The notes beneath the pieces are model-generated. The model worked only from the letters and a program-made list of their open reading frames with translations. It had not been told where the DNA came from and made no database searches. From assembly GCA_021778515.1 (NCBI GenBank), contig JAJYCJ010000005.1:1341-65340 (forward strand): DNA of 64,000 nt. Direction: 5' to 3'. The translations under genes were made by a program, and so were the position numbers. The DNA is from Acidobacteriota bacterium. GTDB lineage: Bacteria > Acidobacteriota > UBA4820 > DSQY01. This document shows positions 45,711 to 53,942 of the stretch, piece by piece (positions within the stretch are counted from its first letter, which is position 1; each line of letters opens with the position of its first letter).

Positions 45711-46850
45711 TCACACCCTCCGCAGCGCTTCCACGATCTTGAGCCGCATGGCCAGGAGGGCGGGAATGATCCCCGAGACCACGCCGACCGCCACCGTGAG
45801 CGCCAACCCCAGGGCCATCTTCCCGGGGCTCAGGTAGAAGACCGGCAGGAGGCCTCCCGTGGGGTCTCCCCGAAGCGTGAAGAGCTTCACGGCCGCCAAT
45901 CCCAGCACTCCTCCCTGGAGGGCGTAGGCCACCGATTCTCCGAGCACCAGCCACAGCACCGATGCGTCGGTAAATCCGATGGTCTTGAGCACCGCGAGCT
46001 CCGCGGTCCGCTCGCGGACGGCCATGGCCATGGCGTTGCCGGTCACGAGGAGGAGGGTGAAGAAGACCACGCCCCCGATGACGAGAATGAGGAGCTGGAT
46101 GTTTCCCACCTGTTTGACGAATCCCGCGGCAAAGGCCTTCTCGCTCTCCGCCGACGTCTCCCACGGGGAATTGGCGAAGCGGCCGTCGATGGCCTCGGCC
46201 ACGCGGGCGGCCTCGTTCGGGTCGGCCACCTGCACCACGTACCAGCCCACCATGCCCTTGCCCCAGGCGCGGCGTTCTTCGAGATAGTCGCTCCGGAACC
46301 AGAACTGCGTGGTGTCGTCCTCGCTGCGCGCGGCGTCGTAAATGCCCCGGATGTTGAACTCCCAGACGCCCCCGAAGATGGAGGCCACCAGGGGAACCCG
46401 GTCTCCGATCTTCCAGCCGAACCTCTCTGCGGTCTTGCGCCCCACGATGCATCCCTCCCGGTCCTGGAGGAAGGCCTCCCACTCCCCCCGCGGCACCTTG
46501 AACTCGGGATAAATCTTGAGCCAGGTCTCCTTGTACACCGCGAACTGGGGGAAGAAGTTCTTTGGATCCTGGTAGTACCCGCCGAACCAGGTCGCATAGG
46601 TCACCGCCTTGACGCCGGGGATCTGGAGCATCCGCTCCCTGTACGAAACGGGAAGGGGCATGATGAGGGAGACCTTGTTGCGGACCACCAGGCGGTCGAC
46701 GCCGGCCACCTCCACGCCCTGGTTGAAGGCCGTCTGAATGGCCGCCAGAAGGCCGTACAGGAAGAGGGCCACCGCGAAGGAGCCTATGGTCAGCGTGGTG
46801 CGGACCTTCTTCCTGCGCAGGTTCGACCAGATCAGGGCGAAGTACTTCAT
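45711..46850 (-). CDS. ABC transporter permease, FtsX/MacB-like (permease 1)
   Basis: Start [18 protein letters not shown]. Same architecture as its neighbour. ATGA overlap with the ATPase gene. Confidence 0.75.
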   Translation of the reverse strand: MKYFALIWSNLRRKKVRTTLTIGSFAVALFLYGLLAAIQTAFNQGVEVAGVDRLVVRNKVSLIMPLPVSYRERMLQIPGVKAVTYATWFGGYYQDPKNFFPQFAVYKETWLKIYPEFKVPRGEWEAFLQDREGCIVGRKTAERFGWKIGDRVPLVASIFGGVWEFNIRGIYDAARSEDDTTQFWFRSDYLEERRAWGKGMVGWYVVQVADPNEAARVAEAIDGRFANSPWETSAESEKAFAAGFVKQVGNIQLLILVIGGVVFFTLLLVTGNAMAMAVRERTAELAVLKTIGFTDASVLWLVLGESVAYALQGGVLGLAAVKLFTLRGDPTGGLLPVFYLSPGKMALGLALTVAVGVVSGIIPALLAMRLKIVEALRRV

Positions 46851-47596
46851 CTCTCCGCCGGCTTGCTCGCGGGCCCGCTGCGCTCCGGCCCGCTCGTGGT
46901 TCCCTCCACGAGCGCGCCCTTCTCCATGTGGAGCACCACTTCGGCCCTCTCGGCCGCCCTGGGATCGTGGGTGACCATGAGCACCGTCTTGCCGTAGCGC
47001 GACGAGAGGGCCGACAGCAAGGCCAGGACCTCGTCGGCGCTTCGCCGGTCCAGGTCTCCCGTGGGCTCGTCGCACAACAGGAAGGTGGGGTCCGCCACGA
47101 TGGCCCTAGCTATGGCCACGCGCTGCTCCTGGCCGCCCGAGAGCTGGCGGGGGTAATAGTCGGTCCGGTCACCAAGCCCCACGAGGGCCAGGGCCGTCTC
47201 CACGTGCCGGCGCCGCTGGGGCTTGGTGAGGCGGGTCAGCATGAGCGGCAGCTCCACGTTCTGAAAAGCCGTCAGCACGGGCAGGAGGTTGTACATCTGA
47301 AAGATGAACCCCACGTGGCGGGCCCGCCAGTTGGCGAGCTTGGGCCCAGAGAGGCGCGTGATCTCGTCGCCGGCGACGGTGATGCTCCCCGCCGTCGGCA
47401 GATCCAGCCCCCCCAGGAGGTTGAGCAAGGTCGTCTTTCCCGAGCCGCTGGGGCCCATGAAGGCCACGAAATCCCCCTCATCCACGCAGAGGTTCAGGCC
47501 CTGCAGGACGTGCACGTCCTGGCCGCCCCGGCGGTAGGTCTTATCGAGGTTGCGGACCCGGATGAGCGCATCGCCGTTATCGTCAAGTCTGACCAT
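46847..47596 (-). CDS. ABC transporter ATP-binding protein (MacB/LolD-type)
   Basis: Walker [10 protein letters not shown], signature [14 protein letters not shown], Walker [12 protein letters not shown]. Confidence 0.85.
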   Translation of the reverse strand: MVRLDDNGDALIRVRNLDKTYRRGGQDVHVLQGLNLCVDEGDFVAFMGPSGSGKTTLLNLLGGLDLPTAGSITVAGDEITRLSGPKLANWRARHVGFIFQMYNLLPVLTAFQNVELPLMLTRLTKPQRRRHVETALALVGLGDRTDYYPRQLSGGQEQRVAIARAIVADPTFLLCDEPTGDLDRRSADEVLALLSALSSRYGKTVLMVTHDPRAAERAEVVLHMEKGALVEGTTSGPERSGPASKPAER

Positions 47597-47704
47597 CGAA
47601 GCGGCCCCCTCGTTGCTTCCATTGAAAGGGAATCCGAGGCGGGCCGGGGAAAGATCTGGCACCCCGCGGTCCGAGCGTCACTCGAACCGCTTCCCCAGCC
47701 CCGC

Positions 47705-48931
47705 TCAGGACCCCTTCACCTTGACGCGCTGGCCGTCTCTCAAGTGATCCACCCCCGAAACGGCCACCACGTCTCCCGGTGAGAGGCCTTCGAGGATCTC
47801 AACCTCGGAGCCCCGCTTCTCGCCCAGCTTCACCGGCGTGATCCGGAGCCTGCCGTCGAGCACCTTGAACGCCACTGGGCCTCCGTTCCCGGCCCGCACC
47901 GCGGCGGCCGGCACGAGGGCCTTGGCCTTGCCCGGCTTCAGGGCTTCGGGATTCAGGAAGGCCACCTTCGCCCCCATGTCCGGCAGGATCCTAGGGTCCA
48001 GGCGGTCGAACGCGATGCGCACCTTCACCGTGGCCTTCTGACGGTCCGCCGTAGGAATGACCGTTCGCACCTTGCAGGGAATCTGCCAGTCGGGGTAGGC
48101 ATCCAAGGTCGCCACCACCTCCTGGCCGGGCTCGACCTTGGCGATGTAGGACTCGTTCACGTCCACTTCGATTTCCAGGGAGGACATGTCGACGATGGTG
48201 GATATGCCGGTTCGCGTGAAACCTCCTCCGGCCGAGACGGGGGAGACGATCTCCCCGGGCTGGGCGTCCTTGGACACCGCCACGCCCGCGAAGGGGGCCC
48301 GGATGACGCAGTTGTCGAGGTCCCTCCGGGCGACGGCCATCCGGGCCACGGCGGCCTGGACCTGGTCCCGCTGGAGGACGACCTGGGCCTTGAGGCCGTC
48401 CACGGAAGCCCGCGCCTGATCGAGGCTCTGCTGGTCGGCGTAGCCGCTGGCGGCCAGCGCGCCGGTCCGGCGCAGCTCCCGCTCCGCCTCGGCCAGGTCC
48501 ACCCGGAGCTTGGGGATGGCCGCGGCCGCCACCAGGCGGTCCGCCACGGCGGCCTGGTAGGCCGCTCGCGCGTCCGAGTCGTCCAGCCGCGCGAGCACCT
48601 GGCCCGCGGTCACGTGCATCCCCTCCTCCACCAGGACCTCGCTGACCCTGCCGGTGACCTTGGCCGCCACCGTGGCCTTGCGCCTGGCCGTCACGTAGCC
48701 GCTGGCGTTGAGCACCGTCGCGGCCTCCACGCCCGAGGCCGGACGGACGGCCGCGGTCTCCACGGACACCGTTCGAGTGGAGGCCCAGGCCGCGATGAGC
48801 AGGAGGATCAGCACCGCGACGGCGCCAGCGGCGATCCACCAACGCCGCGAAAGGCGGCCGCTTCCCCGCTCCGCCGGATCGATCTTCAAAGCCGATAGGT
48901 CCGGCGCGCCGGACTCCCGCTCTTCGTTCAT
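47705..48931 (-). CDS. Efflux transporter periplasmic adaptor subunit (HlyD/MacA family)
   Basis: N-terminal TM anchor, coiled-coil hairpin, beta-barrel and MP domains. Start MNEERES. Confidence 0.8.
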   Translation of the reverse strand: MNEERESGAPDLSALKIDPAERGSGRLSRRWWIAAGAVAVLILLLIAAWASTRTVSVETAAVRPASGVEAATVLNASGYVTARRKATVAAKVTGRVSEVLVEEGMHVTAGQVLARLDDSDARAAYQAAVADRLVAAAAIPKLRVDLAEAERELRRTGALAASGYADQQSLDQARASVDGLKAQVVLQRDQVQAAVARMAVARRDLDNCVIRAPFAGVAVSKDAQPGEIVSPVSAGGGFTRTGISTIVDMSSLEIEVDVNESYIAKVEPGQEVVATLDAYPDWQIPCKVRTVIPTADRQKATVKVRIAFDRLDPRILPDMGAKVAFLNPEALKPGKAKALVPAAAVRAGNGGPVAFKVLDGRLRITPVKLGEKRGSEVEILEGLSPGDVVAVSGVDHLRDGQRVKVKGS

Positions 48932-49007
48932 CGCCCTTCCTTCCCCCAGGCCTTTCAACCTTCCGTTCTTCCTTCGGCCGCCAACCTTGCCACGCAGAGG
49001 CCGCGGG

Positions 49008-49526
49008 TTACGCAACGCCTCCGCCCAGCCCGAAGGACTCCCAGCCGCCCCTGAGGGTGCGCACCCTCAAGAGACACTCCGGCAGGTCGAAACGGAGGGT
49101 CCGGCCCTGGCTCCCCCCCGTCAGTTCGAGCGCCAGCGGCACGGCGCCTTCCGCAAGCAGGGCCCTGAGTCGCTCCACATTCCTGGCCCCTATGCCCGTG
49201 TCCAGGAGCTCCGCTCCCTGGAACAGCCGGGCACCGCCCACCAGGGCCGCCCTCATTCGAGCCGGTCTCGCTCCTACGCCCACGAGGGCCTTGGACAGGG
49301 AGGGTAGCGCCTCCACTCCGTACTTGGCCGGCAGGCCTGCCCGCTCGGTCCCCCGGGGGGGTTCGCCGGGCAGCAGCACGTGGGCCAGCCCGCCGACCCC
49401 GGCCTCGGAGTCGTACAGGAGCAGCGCCACGCAGGAACCGAGCCCGTACACCGCCAGCGAACAGGCCCCGGTTTGAACGCAGAGCTGGCCGATGAAGACG
49501 GTGTGTACCGGCCTGTTATCCTCCAA
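49008..49526 (-). CDS. cheD: Chemoreceptor glutamine deamidase CheD
   Basis: ..AVYGLGSCVALLLYD..GGLAHVLLP.. CheD core. No cheC or other che genes nearby. Confidence 0.75.
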   Translation of the reverse strand: MEDNRPVHTVFIGQLCVQTGACSLAVYGLGSCVALLLYDSEAGVGGLAHVLLPGEPPRGTERAGLPAKYGVEALPSLSKALVGVGARPARMRAALVGGARLFQGAELLDTGIGARNVERLRALLAEGAVPLALELTGGSQGRTLRFDLPECLLRVRTLRGGWESFGLGGGVA

Positions 49527-49782
49527 GGAACTCCCTCACGCCGGGTTTCAGGAAGAGCTCCTCCAGGTTCGCGCCGGCCACCTCCCGGCGGACGAGCTCG
49601 GCCTTCTCCTCGGCATCCAGGTACCGGTTCACGATCAGCACCTTTCGGCCCCTGACCACGCAGAGGGCGCCGGCGCTCCGTATCCGGGAGGTCTCGCGGA
49701 AGTCGATCCCCATCTTGCGAAGAGCCTCCTTGAGCTCCTCGAGGAACGCCTCCCACTCCTTCCGGTTCCAGCGGCGGCTCAC
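49516..49782 (-). CDS. Small hypothetical protein (88 aa), coupled between the LeuA-like gene and cheD
   Basis: Overlapping start and stop codons with both neighbours. No recognisable motif. Confidence 0.3.
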   Translation of the reverse strand: MSRRWNRKEWEAFLEELKEALRKMGIDFRETSRIRSAGALCVVRGRKVLIVNRYLDAEEKAELVRREVAGANLEELFLKPGVREFLGG

Positions 49783-51026
49783 GACTCCTCCATCCGCTGC
49801 AAGATATCCCGGATCTCATCGTCCGAGAGCATGTGGTCGGATTCCTTCGCGGCGCGGCAGATCTGGGTCACCTTCTCCGGCGCGGGCTCCACGCCGTGCT
49901 GGTGGAGCCAGAAGACCACGTTGGACTCGCCCGACATGGGCCCCACCTCGATGGTCTGCTGCCGGCCCACCCACGAGGCAGGCACCGACGAGTAGACCAG
50001 GTCCACGAGCTCCTTGTTCCCCATGTTGAGGGCCTTGAGCAGGGCTGAAGCGTGCACGCCCGTGCCGGTGCGGTAGGCGTCCCTGCCGAACACGGGGTAG
50101 TTCCAGGGGATGGATATCCCCACCCAGCGAGCCACCCAGTCCACATAATCGACCAGCGGCGTGAGCTCACCATCCCACAGGCCCATGAGCTTCAGGTTGA
50201 CCAGGATGAGGTCCATGGGCGTGTTGCCCACGCGCTCCCCCACTCCGAGGGCCGACCCGTGCAGCCGGTCCGCCCCGGCCTCCAGCGCCGCCAGTGTGGA
50301 GATCAGCCCGAGGCCCCGGTCCATGTGGCCGTGCCAGTCCACCTGGACGGGCTCCCCGGTCTCCTCGATCAGGTTCCTGAGGAACCGGACAATCCGGTAG
50401 GCACCGCCGGGCGTCGCGAACCCGACCGTGTCGGCGACGCAGATCCGGCGGGCGCCGCACTCGATGGCCGCCAGGTAGAGATCCCGGAGGATTTCGGGCC
50501 GGGCCCTGGTGGTGTCCTCCGTGACGTACATGACGGGCATCTTCTCCCGCGCCGCCAGCGAGACCGATTCGCGGGTGGCCTTGAGGAGAAAGGGAAGATC
50601 CCATCCCTCGGCGTAGTGGCGCACGGGGCTCGAACCGAGAAACACCGCCACCTCGATGGGCATCCCCACCTTCTGGGCGATCTTGAGAATGGGCCGGATG
50701 TCCCTCTCGAGGGTGCGCGCCGCGCAGTTGGGCGCCAGCGGGAGCCCACCGCGGTGCACCTCCCTGGCGAGAAAGAGGGTGTCCTCGTAGGCCTGGGGGC
50801 CGGCCGCGGGGAGGCCGATGTTCAGGGAATGAATGCCCAGGCGCACCAACAGATGAAGAAAGTCTCTCTTGGCCTGAAGTGGAGGAGCCTTGGCCGATGG
50901 GCTCTGGAGGCCGTCCCGCAGGGTCTCGTCGTTCAGCTGGACCCTGGAGGGAAACTTCGCCGGATTTCCGCTGAAACCGTCGCGGCCGTTCCAGTCGTAG
51001 ATCCACTCCTCGTGCCTGCCCGGCAT
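49779..51026 (-). CDS. DRE-TIM metallolyase: 2-isopropylmalate/homocitrate/citramalate synthase-family protein
   Basis: ..LNDETLRDGLQSP.. pyruvate-carboxyltransferase motif, ..HGHMDRGLG.. and a C-terminal LeuA-like subdomain. Confidence 0.7.
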   Translation of the reverse strand: MPGRHEEWIYDWNGRDGFSGNPAKFPSRVQLNDETLRDGLQSPSAKAPPLQAKRDFLHLLVRLGIHSLNIGLPAAGPQAYEDTLFLAREVHRGGLPLAPNCAARTLERDIRPILKIAQKVGMPIEVAVFLGSSPVRHYAEGWDLPFLLKATRESVSLAAREKMPVMYVTEDTTRARPEILRDLYLAAIECGARRICVADTVGFATPGGAYRIVRFLRNLIEETGEPVQVDWHGHMDRGLGLISTLAALEAGADRLHGSALGVGERVGNTPMDLILVNLKLMGLWDGELTPLVDYVDWVARWVGISIPWNYPVFGRDAYRTGTGVHASALLKALNMGNKELVDLVYSSVPASWVGRQQTIEVGPMSGESNVVFWLHQHGVEPAPEKVTQICRAAKESDHMLSDDEIRDILQRMEES

Positions 51027-51055
51027 TCGACCAATCCCTCCCTCCAGGGGCTACC

Positions 51056-51838
51056 TCAGCGTCCCCGGAAGCTGGGCTTCCGCTTTTCCAGGAAGGCCTT
51101 GGTCCCCTCCTTCATGTCCTCGCTGGCGCAGCTCAGGGCGAAGAGGGTCGCCTCCAGGTAGCAGCCCTCTTCCATCGGCATCTCCACGCCGGCCTGGACC
51201 GCCTCGAGGATGTATCGCGCCGCGAGCGGGGCCTTGGAGGCCAGGCGCGCTCCCAGGGCGAGGGCCCTGCTCACCAGCTCTTCCTTCGGCACTACGGCGT
51301 TCACCAGCCCGATCTCGTAGGCCCTCTGGGCGGGGACACGATCGCCCGACAGGAGGACCTCCAGGGCCAGCCCCCGGCCCACGAGTCGGGACAACCGCTG
51401 CGTCCCGCCGTACCCGGGGATGATCCCGAGGTTGATCTCGGGCTGGCCGAACTGAGCCGTCTCCGAGGCCAGGCGCATGTGGCACGCCATGGCCAGCTCG
51501 CATCCCCCGCCGAGGGCGAAGCCGTTGATCGCCCCGATGACGGGCTTGGGGAAGGTCTCGATGCGCCTGAAGAGGTTCTGGCCGAAGAGGGCGAACCGGC
51601 GGCCGGCGGAGGCGTCCAGCTCGGCGATCTCCCCGATGTCGGCGCCCGCGACGAAGGCCTTATCTCCCGACCCGGTGATCACCAGGGCGCCCACCGAGCC
51701 GTCCAGCTCGGCCTCGTCCAGGGCTAGGCCGATCTCCTCCAGGGTCGCCCGGTTCAGGGCATTGAGCTTGTCCGGACGGTTGACCGTCAGGAGGGCCACG
51801 CCCTCCTTCACTTCGTAAGTCGTGTTGTGCAGGTCCAT
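51056..51838 (-). CDS. Enoyl-CoA hydratase (crotonase family)
   Basis: ..ALVITGSGDKAFVAGADI.. and ..AINGFALGGGCELAMACH.. Confidence 0.85.
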   Translation of the reverse strand: MDLHNTTYEVKEGVALLTVNRPDKLNALNRATLEEIGLALDEAELDGSVGALVITGSGDKAFVAGADIGEIAELDASAGRRFALFGQNLFRRIETFPKPVIGAINGFALGGGCELAMACHMRLASETAQFGQPEINLGIIPGYGGTQRLSRLVGRGLALEVLLSGDRVPAQRAYEIGLVNAVVPKEELVSRALALGARLASKAPLAARYILEAVQAGVEMPMEEGCYLEATLFALSCASEDMKEGTKAFLEKRKPSFRGR

Positions 51839-51898
51839 GCTCTCTCCTCTTTCGAGCAGGCCGAAATCGGGGCGCTCCGACGGTGCGCCTCGGGCGGA

Positions 51899-53083
51899 TC
51901 AGGCGCGTTCGAGCAGGAGCGCCATGCCCTGGCCTCCGCCGATGCAGGCCGACGCAACGCCGAATCGCACCCCGCGCCGGCGCATTTCGTACAGCAGGGT
52001 GATCACGAGCCGCGTTCCCGTGGCCGCGAGCGGGTGTCCGAGGGCGATGGCGCCCCCATTCACGTTCACCTTTTCGCGGTCCAGTTCCAGGGCCTTCTCG
52101 CAGGCGAGATACTGCGCGGCGAAGGCCTCGTTGATCTCGAAAAGATCGATCTGATCCTTCGTCAGGCCCTCGGCCTTGAGGAGCTTCTGGATGGCCGGAA
52201 CGGGACCGAATCCCATGATGGAGGGCTCCACCGCCGAATAGGACCAGCCCCTCAGGAATCCCAGCACGGGCCATCCGTGGCGTGCCGCCGTCTCCTCCTT
52301 GGTGACGACGGTGGCCGCGGCGCCATCCACGATCCCGGAGGCGTTGCCCCCCGTCACGCTCCCCTCCTTTCGGAAGGCGGGCCGGAGCTTCGAGAGGGCC
52401 TCGAAGGTGCTCTCCGGCTTTCGATGCGTGTCCTCGTCGAAGAGGACCTCTCCCTTCCGCTTGTCTTTGAGCGGAACGGGCGCCACTTCGTCGGCCAGCC
52501 TGCCCGCCCGGCGCGCCTCCTCGGCGGTCCGCTGGGAGCGGATCGCGAGGCGGTCCTGATCTTCCCTGGATATGGACCAGCGCTCGGCCAGGTTCTCCGC
52601 CGTGACGGCCATGGGGAGTTTGCAGTAGCTGTCGGTCAGGGATTCCATGAGGGTGTCCACGAAGGGCGCGTGCCCCAGGCGCAGCCCCTGCCTGGCGCCG
52701 CGCACCGCGTAGGGGGCCTGGCTCATGCTCTCGGTGCCCCCCGCGAGCACCACGGAGGCCTCGTCGAGCAGGAGCATGTGGGCCCCGCTCACGATGGCCT
52801 GGAAGCCCGAACCGCAGAGGCGGTTCACGGTCAGGGCGGGAACCTCCACGGGGATCTCCGTCCTCAGCCCGATGTGGCGCGCCAGGTAGATGGCATCCTC
52901 GCAGGTCTGCAGGACGTTCCCGAAGACGACGTGGTCCACCTGGCCGGGCTCCACCCCCGTCTGGTCGAGGACGGCCCTGGAGGCGTGCACGCCGAGGTCC
53001 ACGGCCGAGAGATGAGCCAGCTCCCCGTTGTATTCCGCCATGGGAGTCCGCCGGCCTCCCACCAAGACGAGTCCCTTTCTCAT
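51899..53083 (-). CDS. Acetyl-CoA C-acetyltransferase (thiolase II)
   Basis: ..NRLCGSGFQAI.. active-site Cys and ..NVNGGAIALGHPLAATG.. thiolase signatures. Confidence 0.9.
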   Translation of the reverse strand: MRKGLVLVGGRRTPMAEYNGELAHLSAVDLGVHASRAVLDQTGVEPGQVDHVVFGNVLQTCEDAIYLARHIGLRTEIPVEVPALTVNRLCGSGFQAIVSGAHMLLLDEASVVLAGGTESMSQAPYAVRGARQGLRLGHAPFVDTLMESLTDSYCKLPMAVTAENLAERWSISREDQDRLAIRSQRTAEEARRAGRLADEVAPVPLKDKRKGEVLFDEDTHRKPESTFEALSKLRPAFRKEGSVTGGNASGIVDGAAATVVTKEETAARHGWPVLGFLRGWSYSAVEPSIMGFGPVPAIQKLLKAEGLTKDQIDLFEINEAFAAQYLACEKALELDREKVNVNGGAIALGHPLAATGTRLVITLLYEMRRRGVRFGVASACIGGGQGMALLLERA

Positions 53084-53886
53084 GCGTCACCCCCCTTTTT
53101 CTGGCTCGGCTCCACGAATTTCACCCGCAGCGTGCCGAAGCCCACGTGGCTTCCGGACTTGATCGGCGTGAGGATGCCGGTCGGGATCCTCTTGCCGTTC
53201 ACGAAGGTCCCGTTGAGCGTCCCCACCTCTTCGACGATGTAGAACTGCCCGTTGCTGTGAATCAGCTTGGCGTGCCGCCGGGAAACGCTTCGCTTCACGT
53301 CCTCGTCCGTGAGGTCCACGTCGGGAACCACCCCCGTCACGGGGTCGCGTCGCCCGATCAGGGAGATGTCCCTGTGGATGGGGAAGACCTTGAGCGATCC
53401 CTCCATCAGGAACTGCGCGATCACGGGGGGCCTCTCCTGTTCACCGGCCGCCTCTTCGTGGGAGGCCGGCGCCACCTCGTCGCCCGCAGGGGGCATGGCC
53501 TTCCCCTCCTCCAGCAGGTGCTTCTGGAACTGGTCCGTCGTCTCCCTGAGCCGGGCCGAGAGCTTCCTCAGCATGCGGACCGCGATCTCGATGTTGCTCT
53601 TGATCATCTGATCGAAGGTGGCGCCGTTGATGACGATAACCTCGGCGTCTTCCACCACCTCCGCGGTGGCGGTCCTGGGAATCCCTTCGAGGAGGCTCAT
53701 CTCGCCGAAGAAGTCGCCCTTCTCCATGACCCGGAGAAACCGCTTCTCACCGCCCACGAGCTTATAGATCTCGACGCGGCCGGACTGGACGATGAACATC
53801 TCCGCCCCCGGCTCTTCCTCGTAGAAGATGATCTCTCCCTTGCGGTAAGGGACCATGAAATCCTTGAGAGGATGGGCCATGTACAC
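53080..53886 (-). CDS. Cyclic-nucleotide-binding (CAP_ED) + FHA domain protein
   Basis: N-terminal ..FFGEMSLLEGIPRTATAEVVEDAEVI.. cNMP-binding signature. C-terminal FHA (..ISLIGRRDP..SRRHAKLIHSNGQFYIVEEVGTLNGTFVNGKRI..). Stop overlaps the thiolase start. Confidence 0.7.
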   Translation of the reverse strand: MYMAHPLKDFMVPYRKGEIIFYEEEPGAEMFIVQSGRVEIYKLVGGEKRFLRVMEKGDFFGEMSLLEGIPRTATAEVVEDAEVIVINGATFDQMIKSNIEIAVRMLRKLSARLRETTDQFQKHLLEEGKAMPPAGDEVAPASHEEAAGEQERPPVIAQFLMEGSLKVFPIHRDISLIGRRDPVTGVVPDVDLTDEDVKRSVSRRHAKLIHSNGQFYIVEEVGTLNGTFVNGKRIPTGILTPIKSGSHVGFGTLRVKFVEPSQKKGGDA

Positions 53887-53942
53887 CCCCGTCTTGGACC
53901 CAATCTACCCCAGCGCCCGGCTGTTAATCAATTGCGCGGCGC

